40,525 nt of DNA from a virus. A program made the translations under genes and the position numbers. How positions within the stretch are numbered: position 1 is the first letter of the stretch; every line of letters begins with the position of its first letter. This document shows positions 9,079-16,243 of the stretch, in pieces. The stretch lies in UHGV virus genome UHGV-0146833, one strand, 5' to 3'. The notes beneath the pieces were generated by a model. That model was not told the origin of the DNA and did no database searches. It saw only the letters and a list, made by a program, of their open reading frames with translations.

Positions 9079-9140
9079 GGAGCAGCCACAATAAACGCAT
9101 CTTGAATTGACGGAATCCGTCGCGTTGTTGTGGCTGCTTC
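9079..9140. promoter_or_regulatory. Long-range inverted repeat (GGAGCAGCCACAA ... TTGTGGCTGCTTCC) upstream of repA; candidate repA promoter/operator or regulatory RNA structure
   Basis: 13-bp arms separated by ~35 bp containing a nested AACGC...GCGTT repeat; lies 50-110 bp upstream of the repA start. Confidence 0.3.
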
Positions 9141-9150
9141 CTGAAAAGGA

Positions 9151-9178
9151 CCCGAGTTTGCCGACTCGGGTTTTTTTT
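9151..9178 (+). terminator. Rho-independent terminator-like hairpin (CCCGAGT-TTGCC-GACTCGGG) plus T8, between cB and repA
   Basis: 8-bp GC-rich stem followed by TTTTTTTT on the plus strand, antisense to cB/repA; the minus-strand reading has a weaker U-tract. Confidence 0.5.
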
Positions 9179-9272
9179 CGTCTTTTTTCTGCTGCTGTAA
9201 CCTGAGTCAACCCACAGAACATATGCCCTGCATTAAACCAGATTTACAGCAAACAATAAACCCCGTATTAAG

Positions 9273-9869
9273 TCATCTACCCTCAACCATGAATGATTTG
9301 ATCGTTCCGACTATTTGGTGAACAAATTCAAGATCGCTTTTCCTGAAGATGGCGCGTTGTGAATTTGTTCCGTCCAAATAGTAATTTTCATCATCAAAAC
9401 GGGCCAGGCGCTGGATGGTGATATTTCCTGCAGTATCACGAACCAGAACATCCTCGCCGGGAACCAGTTCCAGCGCAGAATCGACCAGGAGAAAATCGCC
9501 TGGCTGATAGTTTCCCTGCGTCAGATTGCTGATAGTTAACGCATAAACAGTATTGCGCTGGCTGATGAATGGCAGGAATCGCTCAGTATTTGGAACCTGT
9601 CCTGGCTTCCACTCTTCATCAGGTCCACTTTCAGTTGTGCCAATAACAGGAATGCGATCAGGGTCATATTCTGTCCCATACAGCACCCAATGCACTGGCT
9701 TTCGTAAGCACTTAGCCAGGGCAATACCTATCTCCAGTGACGGCATTACGTCGCCACGTTCTAAGTTTTGGACGCCTGCAATAGAGATATCGACAGCCTC
9801 AGCAACTTCTCGCAACGTCAGCTTCATCTCTAAACGGCGTGCTTTCAGTCGTTCGCCTCGTGTTTTCAT
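9273..9869 (-). CDS. cB: Prophage repressor CB (CI-like: N-terminal HTH, C-terminal S24 peptidase-like domain)
   Basis: 198 aa; HTH segment LTLREVAEAVDISIAGVQNLERG; C-terminal LexA/CI-like fold; divergent from cro with operators between. Confidence 0.85.
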   Translation of the reverse strand: MKTRGERLKARRLEMKLTLREVAEAVDISIAGVQNLERGDVMPSLEIGIALAKCLRKPVHWVLYGTEYDPDRIPVIGTTESGPDEEWKPGQVPNTERFLPFISQRNTVYALTISNLTQGNYQPGDFLLVDSALELVPGEDVLVRDTAGNITIQRLARFDDENYYLDGTNSQRAIFRKSDLEFVHQIVGTIKSFMVEGR

Positions 9870-9891
9870 AGCTTAATCATAAATGATCTTC

Positions 9892-9933
9892 TTATAGCTG
9901 GCTATAAAATTTATTTATTATAGCTAGCTTTAA
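9892..9933. promoter_or_regulatory. Repressor operators in the cB-cro intergenic region: TTATAGC-TG-GCTATAA (9892-9907) and TTATAGC-TA-GCTTTAA (9918-9933); TATAAT at 9949-9954
   Basis: Two 16-bp palindromic sites read directly between divergent cB and cro. Confidence 0.7.
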
Positions 9934-9960
9934 ATGTGATTTATTGCTTATAATAACCGC

Positions 9961-10182
9961 ATGAAACCAGAAGAACTTATTCGCCACTTTGGCAGTGTAG
10001 AAAAAGCAGCGGCTGGGGTAGGTGTAACACCCGGTGCTGTTTACCAATGGTTAACCGCTGGAGAGATTCCTTCATTGCGGCAAAGTGATATTGAAGTTCG
10101 TACTGCTTACAAGCTGAAGAGTGACTTTACAACTCGGCGGGTAAAGCAGTCGATTAAGGAGAGCCGTAAGCGTGGAGCTTGA
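9961..10182 (+). CDS. cro: Cro-like HTH regulator
   Basis: 73 aa, HTH GVGVTPGAVYQWLTAGEIP; divergent from repressor. Confidence 0.8.
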   Translation: MKPEELIRHFGSVEKAAAGVGVTPGAVYQWLTAGEIPSLRQSDIEVRTAYKLKSDFTTRRVKQSIKESRKRGA

Positions 10183-10882
10183 GTATATACGCAGCTGCGT
10201 CTCTACGGCATTGGCTGATGTTCATTATCGCCAGCGTGGCATTCTGGAGGTCCAGCTTGAGCAGATGCGTCTCGGTAGATCAGGACGGTTTAACAATAAA
10301 CCAGTCCGGTTAATCAGTGTGGGGGATGATAACTCATACGAAGTGTCCGTTCCTGCTGAGCCGGTTAGATTCCACCAGGGGAAAACATTTAAACAATCAT
10401 CAATGTTGCTCACTGATATTGATTTTCAGAGCGCCAGCTGGCGCAGGGCTATTGGTCAGTTGAATAACGAGGAATCAGCCTGGCTTTATTATTGCTACGG
10501 ATGCAAGCCTGATTACAACAATGATGTGATTGTTTGTCAGTGGTTATGGCTTGATTTTCTGGTTGCTCATTCGGGGGGCGGCTTTAAAAAAATGAAGGCC
10601 TCCACGAAAAAAGCCATGCGGAAATTGATTTATTACGCGGCACAGCAGGTTAAATCAGAACTTACGTGTGCTGAGGCAGTTGATGAGAGAGAACAGGACA
10701 GGCATCTGAGTTTTCTACTGAATATATCTATTGATAGCTGGAGACAAGATTATAAAGAACGCTGGCTTTTAATTAAGTCGCGATGTCTGAGCTTAAATCG
10801 AACTGCATTATTAAATGCGGCGGAGAAGCGCAGTGAAATCATCAAACGCCATCGGGCAGGAAGTGCCATTCTGCCTTTGTAA
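10172..10882 (+). CDS. Hypothetical 236-aa protein; candidate late-gene antiterminator (Q-like) by position after cro
   Basis: GTG start with AAGGAG RBS, overlaps cro end; Cys cluster YYCYGC...C. Function inferred from N15 gene order only. Confidence 0.55.
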   Translation: MELEYIRSCVSTALADVHYRQRGILEVQLEQMRLGRSGRFNNKPVRLISVGDDNSYEVSVPAEPVRFHQGKTFKQSSMLLTDIDFQSASWRRAIGQLNNEESAWLYYCYGCKPDYNNDVIVCQWLWLDFLVAHSGGGFKKMKASTKKAMRKLIYYAAQQVKSELTCAEAVDEREQDRHLSFLLNISIDSWRQDYKERWLLIKSRCLSLNRTALLNAAEKRSEIIKRHRAGSAILPL

Positions 10883-10889
10883 ACAAGTT

Positions 10890-11135
10890 ATGTTCAGGAA
10901 ACCGTCGAAGCCAGAATTAAGATATTCGGGGGTAAGAAATGAATATGTTATCTGGTGTCCAACTTGTGGTTACAGGACACGACCAGATAGTAATAAGCAG
11001 TCTGTAATTGCCGATTGGTATTTATCAAATCAGCCAGGTAATAAGCATATAGAAAATCTTTGGATTAAGCGTTACTTGGAAATCAGCGAGGGTGCGACCG
11101 TGGTCGCACAAGAAAATGAAAATAACGCCATTTAA
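10890..11135 (+). CDS. Hypothetical small protein with CPTCG motif (81 aa)
   Basis: Internal ATG of track ORF 10815..11135, chosen because it follows the stop of the upstream gene. Confidence 0.45.
   Translation: MFRKPSKPELRYSGVRNEYVIWCPTCGYRTRPDSNKQSVIADWYLSNQPGNKHIENLWIKRYLEISEGATVVAQENENNAI
11093..11108. repeat. Palindrome TGCGACC-GT-GGTCGCA (centromere-like family, copy 2 of 6)
   Basis: Read directly; sits ~8 bp upstream of the next ATG. Confidence 0.7.
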
Positions 11136-11319
11136 GCAGGGGCCGATGACGCATGATGAAGCAGAGCGTCTTTCAGATACTTATCGGCGGCGTGGTAAGA
11201 AAGTTCTGGTTGTTCGTTCTGATTTTTTAGGTGATGGATATTGCGTTTATGTTCATTTACCTGAATCAGAAAGAGCGCCAAAACCATCCAGAACATATCA
11301 ACAGAAAATTTGGGTATAG
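11116..11319 (+). CDS. Hypothetical protein (67 aa)
   Basis: ATG downstream of palindrome; ORF in track (extended form 11092..11319). Confidence 0.45.
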   Translation: MKITPFKQGPMTHDEAERLSDTYRRRGKKVLVVRSDFLGDGYCVYVHLPESERAPKPSRTYQQKIWV

Positions 11320-11342
11320 ATAAACGTTGAGGAGAATTATTC

Positions 11343-11942
11343 GTGACTAATCAGATTATTTACGACAGGAAACGGTCTGATGTAATGATCGACCTTGAAA
11401 CAATGGGTACTAACACATGTGCTCCAATTGTTTCTATCGGGGCAGTGTTTTTTTCTCCAGAAAGTGAGGAATTAGGTCCTACTTTTTATGTGCCAGTGAA
11501 TCTCAGAAGCTCGATGTTGAATGGTGGTGTCGCCGATGGTGATACCATTTTATGGTGGTTGAAACAGAGCAAGGAAGCCAGTGCCGCAATTTGTACTAAT
11601 GATGCCCTTGATATTAAGGATGCACTTTTTGAATTATCACACTTTATTACTTGCCATGCATGTAATTTAAAAAAATTGAAAGTATGGGGAAATGGAGCAA
11701 CATTCGACAATGTAATTTTACGCGGTGCTTATGAGCGCGTTGGCTTAGCCTGTCCGTGGGAATATTTTAATGATCAGGATGTTCGAACAATCGTTAATCT
11801 TGGTCAGTTTATTGGTTTCAATCCTAAAAAAGATATGCCATTTGATGGCGAACGACACAATGCCCTGGCTGATGCTATTCATCAGGCTAAGTATGTATCC
11901 GCAATTTTCTCCCGTCTCATAAAAGGGAAAGGAGAATCGTAA
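11343..11942 (+). CDS. 3'-5' exonuclease, DEDDh (DnaQ-like) family
   Basis: Exo I motif MIDLETMG near N-terminus and Exo III-like HNALADA near C-terminus; GAGGAG RBS. Confidence 0.7.
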   Translation: MTNQIIYDRKRSDVMIDLETMGTNTCAPIVSIGAVFFSPESEELGPTFYVPVNLRSSMLNGGVADGDTILWWLKQSKEASAAICTNDALDIKDALFELSHFITCHACNLKKLKVWGNGATFDNVILRGAYERVGLACPWEYFNDQDVRTIVNLGQFIGFNPKKDMPFDGERHNALADAIHQAKYVSAIFSRLIKGKGES

Positions 11943-12361
11943 TGGCAAAAGTTTTTACACCAGAACAGCGTGAAGAACTGAAGAAACAAATTGTGGAACT
12001 CGTGCGCCTGAATGGGCGAGGAACGGTTAGGCAACTGGCAGATGAAATTAGTATTAGCCGATGTGCTGTTAATCGTTTATCCAGAGAGCTTGCCACCAGT
12101 GGTGATTTGTATATCTCTGGCTCCGGGATATTTCTGTCTGCACAAGCACGCAAGGACTGGCAAAAAGCCCGTAAAAAACTATCAAGAGTAAAGCCGAAGA
12201 CATCGGTAGTGGTTGATCCAGACCTTATCTGGTCATTACCTGACGGAGAAATACGTCGTTACGACAGGCGCTTGAACATGATTTGTCACGATTGCCGGAA
12301 AAGTGAAGTTATGCAGCGTGTGCTGGCTTTTTATCAGGGAAATTTTCAGGAGGTGGCGTAG
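11942..12361 (+). CDS. Hypothetical protein with winged-helix-like segment (139 aa)
   Basis: ATG overlaps upstream stop; segment TVRQLADEISISRCAVNRLSREL resembles an HTH. Confidence 0.55.
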   Translation: MAKVFTPEQREELKKQIVELVRLNGRGTVRQLADEISISRCAVNRLSRELATSGDLYISGSGIFLSAQARKDWQKARKKLSRVKPKTSVVVDPDLIWSLPDGEIRRYDRRLNMICHDCRKSEVMQRVLAFYQGNFQEVA

Positions 12362-12651
12362 TGAATATCGACACCACGATAACGATCGATACGGCCCTAA
12401 ATATCGGTCTGGCACTTCTCGGTTGGTTTTACATCATGTTCAGTGCGGGGAAGTGGGCGGCCTCTGTTTTTCTAAAGCAGTGGGGAAAGCACCGCAAACA
12501 GGAAAGACGCCAGAAAGTGTTAGAGGCGTTATATGACGCATTTGAACTTAGCCGCATTGAGCCAGGCACAACAGCCAAGATAGCGACAAAAGGTGACATG
12601 ATGATAGTGATGTTCCGACAGGAGAGAGCAGAGAAAGGGGAATCAGCATGA
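12361..12651 (+). CDS. Hypothetical small membrane protein (96 aa)
   Basis: GTG start overlapping upstream stop; N-terminal hydrophobic helix LNIGLALLGWFYIMF. Confidence 0.5.
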   Translation: MNIDTTITIDTALNIGLALLGWFYIMFSAGKWAASVFLKQWGKHRKQERRQKVLEALYDAFELSRIEPGTTAKIATKGDMMIVMFRQERAEKGESA

Positions 12652-13322
12652 AATTTTCCAAATTTTCTGAGTTGGTGAATCGTATTTTGTCCAACAACCA
12701 CAGCCATCGTCGCGATATGGATGTAACAATCGTTATTCATTCGCCTGGCAGCATTGGTTCAACACCTTCAGTTGAGGTTCAGTCAATTCACGCTGGTTTT
12801 GATTGGGATTCCGGGAAAGTGCTTATTTTCCCAGCACAGCCACTGACCACGCTAACACCAGAACAGATTACTGATATTACTGATAGTGTGCGCAAAGGTC
12901 AGTCTTGGCACGCATATCAGGAATACAAGAAGCATCAAGAGCAGTTGGAAAAATTGTCGATTGAACTGGATGCTGCAAAACAGCGCGTAGCAGAACTGGA
13001 GGCCAGTCGCGTGACGCTGGCGGAGGAGAACTCGTGGCTGAAGATGCTCATAGAAGATCATGCTGGTTGTACTGCTGTCTGCCCAAATTGCTCTCATGAA
13101 GAACCCAGTGAAACAGACGACATTGTTTGGTCTTACCGTTCACGGGAAACGCCAGCCACCGATGCTTTCCTGGCTGAAGTCCGGGCGCAGGGATTGGAGA
13201 TGTTTGCACAGAAATGTAACTCAAAATCCGAACAGTCGCTTGCATCTGATATACGCGATAACTGGAAACTACTCGGTGAGCATGCGACTGACTTTGCCGC
13301 AGAGCTTCGCAAAGGAGAGTGA
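12648..13322 (+). CDS. Hypothetical protein with coiled coil and CPNC zinc-ribbon-like motif (224 aa)
   Basis: ATGA overlap with upstream gene; coiled-coil segment QEQLEKLSIELDAAKQRVAELEASR; CxxC. Confidence 0.6.
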   Translation: MKFSKFSELVNRILSNNHSHRRDMDVTIVIHSPGSIGSTPSVEVQSIHAGFDWDSGKVLIFPAQPLTTLTPEQITDITDSVRKGQSWHAYQEYKKHQEQLEKLSIELDAAKQRVAELEASRVTLAEENSWLKMLIEDHAGCTAVCPNCSHEEPSETDDIVWSYRSRETPATDAFLAEVRAQGLEMFAQKCNSKSEQSLASDIRDNWKLLGEHATDFAAELRKGE

Positions 13323-13323
13323 T

Positions 13324-13818
13324 ATGACCACTATTACCAGAGAACAGGCTAAGAAAATTATTGAAGCAGCCGACGATGTTATTAGTGCGCTGGCCGGAAC
13401 TAACGAGGATGTTCACCCAGGTAGCGATAACATGCTACGTCTGTGGGATGACCTGAATGACCGTTACGCGCCGCCGGAAATTGTGCGGGAACTGGCACGA
13501 ATTGCACTGGCATCGCTGGAAGCAGAACCGGTGGCATGGCTGCATTCAGACAATGGCTTAGGTATTCCGGCAATAACCCGGAGTAAAAACATTGCTGACA
13601 GTTGGTTATCAAAGGGCTGGTATGTTCAGTCGCTATATGTAGCCCAGCCACTGCCGGTGGTGCCGGATGATAATCGTATTCAGTTTTCTGTTTCACTTCC
13701 TGCAGCGTTTGGTGGAGATAAATATTTTATTGATGGTGTATTTCAACCTTTGAGATATGAGCGTGACTGTGAAAAAGCGGTTGTGGCCGCTGGCGGTGTA
13801 GTTAATTGGGTTAAGTAA
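13324..13818 (+). CDS. Hypothetical protein (164 aa)
   Basis: ATG 1 nt after upstream stop; internal M of track ORF 13060..13818. Confidence 0.55.
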   Translation: MTTITREQAKKIIEAADDVISALAGTNEDVHPGSDNMLRLWDDLNDRYAPPEIVRELARIALASLEAEPVAWLHSDNGLGIPAITRSKNIADSWLSKGWYVQSLYVAQPLPVVPDDNRIQFSVSLPAAFGGDKYFIDGVFQPLRYERDCEKAVVAAGGVVNWVK

Positions 13819-13833
13819 TTTTCAGGAGGATTT

Positions 13834-14160
13834 ATGGCTCTGACACCGGCAGAACGGCAAAGGAGACGCAGGGAACGGTTGAAGAAGGAAGGCACATCAA
13901 GACGGGACTGGATTTTGGAGCCTGACGAGTTACGTATGTTGGGGGAAATTTGTGTATTGCGTAGACCAGGGCGAGTTCCATATTCGGAGAACGAAGTCAT
14001 CGGCCTTCTGATCAGGAAAAACTATAAGGAGTTGCAGAAGCAGCTATCTACTACTTGTCCGCGATGTGGTCAAAAAATGTCTGTTTCAGAATGCATTTTT
14101 GATGGCGAAGGCTCATGCCACCTTACAACCACGAGGCTGAAACTTGCGCTCAAAGCGTGA
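13834..14160 (+). CDS. Hypothetical Arg-rich protein with CPRCG motif (108 aa)
   Basis: AGGAGG RBS; basic N-terminus RQRRRRERLKK. Confidence 0.55.
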   Translation: MALTPAERQRRRRERLKKEGTSRRDWILEPDELRMLGEICVLRRPGRVPYSENEVIGLLIRKNYKELQKQLSTTCPRCGQKMSVSECIFDGEGSCHLTTTRLKLALKA

Positions 14161-14169
14161 CTGGTCACG
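14156..14169. repeat. Palindrome CGTGAC-TG-GTCACG (copy 3 of 3), overlapping the stop codon of the upstream gene
   Basis: Read directly. Confidence 0.7.
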
Positions 14170-14178
14170 GAGGGATAA

Positions 14179-14421
14179 ATGGATAAAAAGGCATTGCTTT
14201 TTGAAATGATACGAAAACGGAGCGAAAAGAGCTTTTCTGATGGTGGTGATGGGTTTGTTTTCGCTTCTATGCTTGCTTTTGATGTTGGGTTAAATAGCAG
14301 AATTGTTAAAAGGATGCTTGATTCTGCTGTCCGTACTGGACTTCTTGAGAAAGTTGATCGTGGCATAGGGAGAGAGCATAAGTATCGGGCCACACAGCAG
14401 TTTTTGCAGTTAATACATTGA
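14179..14421 (+). CDS. Hypothetical protein (80 aa), possible winged-helix fold
   Basis: ORF in track; GGAGGG RBS. Confidence 0.5.
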   Translation: MDKKALLFEMIRKRSEKSFSDGGDGFVFASMLAFDVGLNSRIVKRMLDSAVRTGLLEKVDRGIGREHKYRATQQFLQLIH

Positions 14422-14503
14422 AAATTGACCGTAAAGTTTGAGTTTTCCCCTGTAATTTTATACAGTATAAATAACCTTTTTTAGTTAAATGGTATGAGAT
14501 TTA

Positions 14504-14707
14504 ATGTCTGAAGCAGCCGTATCAACTCTTGAACAACTCGATTCAAATTTAAGAGATATTGACGCCGTTCTGGATCTGGTTAGCGTCACCCTGGCTTCTC
14601 CAGAAGCCAGCCTACATATTGGTGAGGTTTCACGGCTCATCAACATGTCGCGAGAGATTGCCCAGCATTGTCAGAAAACTATCGCTGTTGAGCGTTCACA
14701 TCATTGA
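14504..14707 (+). CDS. Hypothetical protein (67 aa)
   Basis: ORF in track; preceded by an AT-rich promoter-like gap. Confidence 0.4.
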   Translation: MSEAAVSTLEQLDSNLRDIDAVLDLVSVTLASPEASLHIGEVSRLINMSREIAQHCQKTIAVERSHH

Positions 14708-14749
14708 TGAACACCCCGCCCTTCAGGACGGGGTAGTAAAAGAGTCTAA

Positions 14750-15037
14750 TTAATAAACAGCGCGAATATTGATGGTTGCGCCGCAGGCATGAGCATATTT
14801 AGCCAAAGTTTTCATACTTGCCCCTAAAGGATTGCTTTCCAGGCGGCTGATGGCTGACGGGCGCAACCCCATTCGTTCAGCCAGAGCTGATTTCGTTAAA
14901 CCTGCTCTTTCCCTCATTTCGTATAACATTTCGACCATCTCCAGCTCTTTGTCGGCCTCTTCATATCCTTTGACGGCTTCTGGAGTGTTAAGAAGTTTTT
15001 CTTTTACTTCGTTAAACGGGATGCCTTTCGCTTTCAT
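14750..15037 (-). CDS. HTH (XRE-family) antitoxin, HigA-like
   Basis: 95 aa; HTH LTKSALAERMGLRPSAISRLE; start overlaps toxin stop (ATGA); toxin-first order typical of HigBA. Confidence 0.75.
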   Translation of the reverse strand: MKAKGIPFNEVKEKLLNTPEAVKGYEEADKELEMVEMLYEMRERAGLTKSALAERMGLRPSAISRLESNPLGASMKTLAKYAHACGATINIRAVY

Positions 15038-15348
15038 CAGTTCATCTCCTTCAGGCGAGTTCTGGCGATTTCGATAGCCTTCACCGGTGTTTTCTGTGTC
15101 TTTTTTACAAATGCATGCAATAGATAAATTTCGTTACCAGTCGCGTAGGCGTACAGCGTTCTTGCGATGTTTTTATCCCCTACTCGTAGTTCAAAAAGCC
15201 CTCCACCTATTACACGGCTATGGGGCATCTTCAGTTTGTTGCCTTCTTTCTCCAGTCGCTCAATTAATCTAGTCATGCGACCTCGCAAATCATCTGGTAG
15301 TTCAAGCAGTTCATTCAGTGCTGCAGGGTGGGTTATCACGTTAAACAT
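15037..15348 (-). CDS. RelE/ParE-superfamily toxin, HigB-like
   Basis: 103 aa from internal ATG with GGAGG RBS; fold-family assignment from overall pattern and the adjacent XRE antitoxin. Confidence 0.7.
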   Translation of the reverse strand: MFNVITHPAALNELLELPDDLRGRMTRLIERLEKEGNKLKMPHSRVIGGGLFELRVGDKNIARTLYAYATGNEIYLLHAFVKKTQKTPVKAIEIARTRLKEMN

Positions 15349-15407
15349 ATTATAGCCTCCATATCCATAAAATACACCAAAACAGGAAAACATAGCAAAT
15401 TAAAAAT

Positions 15408-15423
15408 TTCACCAAAAAGTGAA
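15408..15423. promoter_or_regulatory. Inverted repeat TTCAC-CAAAAA-GTGAA in the divergent promoter region between the toxin-antitoxin pair and gene 15496; candidate antitoxin operator
   Basis: Read directly; located ~60 bp upstream of the toxin start. Confidence 0.3.
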
Positions 15424-15495
15424 AAATAACACTGGATGTGTTCGTTTGGCAGAGTTACAGTTCGTGTCATTGAGGGGCAATAACCCACTAACCAT

Positions 15496-15735
15496 ATGAA
15501 TTTGGAGGATATTATGAATTATCAAGGTAACGAAAAAATGCGCGACGACGTTGCGGAGATAGCTAACGAACTGTATGAGTTGTGGCAGAAGGTTGAACGT
15601 TTCGAAAAGGAATATGGTTTCAACAGTACCAACCTAGCAGACCGACTGGCTGGTCGCTTAGTTGGGACTATGGGGCCAAAACTGGCTGAGTTGAACCGCT
15701 TTATGGCTGATGTTGATTTCCAGTTTCAAGATTGA
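15496..15735 (+). CDS. Hypothetical protein (79 aa)
   Basis: GGAGGA RBS; ORF in track. Confidence 0.5.
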   Translation: MNLEDIMNYQGNEKMRDDVAEIANELYELWQKVERFEKEYGFNSTNLADRLAGRLVGTMGPKLAELNRFMADVDFQFQD

Positions 15736-15748
15736 TTAGAGAGGCGTT

Positions 15749-15976
15749 ATGAATATTAATGAAATTCGTGGAAATATGACTGAAGCGGCCCTGAGTGTGG
15801 AATGTGTTATGCGTGGATACCCACGCATTTCCCTGAAAGAGTTAAGCGAAGCCTGTTTTTTGAGTCAAGCTGCCGTTGAATTTATCATCGAACAGATGAT
15901 CTGTTTTGGGGTTGCAAAGCGTAGCGGGTCTGGTCGATATTCTTTGACCGATGAATATAAGCAGGCAACTTTCTAA
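15749..15976 (+). CDS. Hypothetical protein (75 aa)
   Basis: GAGAGG RBS; ORF in track. Confidence 0.5.
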   Translation: MNINEIRGNMTEAALSVECVMRGYPRISLKELSEACFLSQAAVEFIIEQMICFGVAKRSGSGRYSLTDEYKQATF

Positions 15977-15982
15977 AAACTG

Positions 15983-15998
15983 TGCGACCACGGTCGCA
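15983..15998. repeat. Palindrome TGCGACC-AC-GGTCGCA (centromere-like family, copy 3 of 6; extended 22-bp symmetry CTGTGCGACC..GGTCGCACAG)
   Basis: Read directly, immediately after the stop of gene 15749..15976. Confidence 0.7.
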
Positions 15999-16018
15999 CA
16001 GCACAAAAACGAAAAAGC

Positions 16019-16047
16019 TTGGCAAAATGACGGTTTTTAGTTATTGT
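16019..16047 (+). promoter_or_regulatory. Sigma70-like promoter candidate TTGGCA-17-TATTGT, possible late promoter ahead of the methyltransferase-lysis-structural genes
   Basis: Hexamers and 17-bp spacing read directly; followed by hairpins and a terminator within ~80 bp, a layout reminiscent of lambdoid pR'/qut/tR'. Confidence 0.3.
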
Positions 16048-16085
16048 TTTGCTAAGTTGGGTTTTTTGTACCCAACAGCCAACAA

Positions 16086-16108
16086 GCCGCCTTTATGGCG
16101 GTTTTTTT
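16086..16108 (+). terminator. Rho-independent terminator (GCCGCC-TTTAT-GGCGG plus T7)
   Basis: GC stem and TTTTTTT run read directly; a further 10-bp-stem hairpin lies at 16126-16151. Confidence 0.55.
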
Positions 16109-16243
16109 GTGCCTGAAAAGTGGGCGCAGGACAAGTTGCAGCTTGTCCTGCGGTCAACCCATGCCAGAGCTATAGGCTGAACCCAAAGCCCACCCGCGAT
16201 GCGCATCGCCGGGTTAGCTTACCCAGGCAAAAAAATAATAGCT

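Noticed and set aside
10815-10889. Longer form of the CPTCG-motif ORF starting at 10815 inside the Q-like gene, and a Lar-like restriction-alleviation assignment
   Set aside because: The extension overlaps the Q-like gene by 68 bp in another frame; the ATG at 10890 directly follows the upstream stop. The Lar assignment was dropped because only one CxxC pair is present.
16199-16243. Upstream start (16199) for the methyltransferase
   Set aside because: The extension runs through a GC-rich hairpin with no RBS; the internal ATG at 16244 gives an N-terminus (MFKTTNIHGAQLVCADS...) typical of this enzyme class. Either start remains possible.
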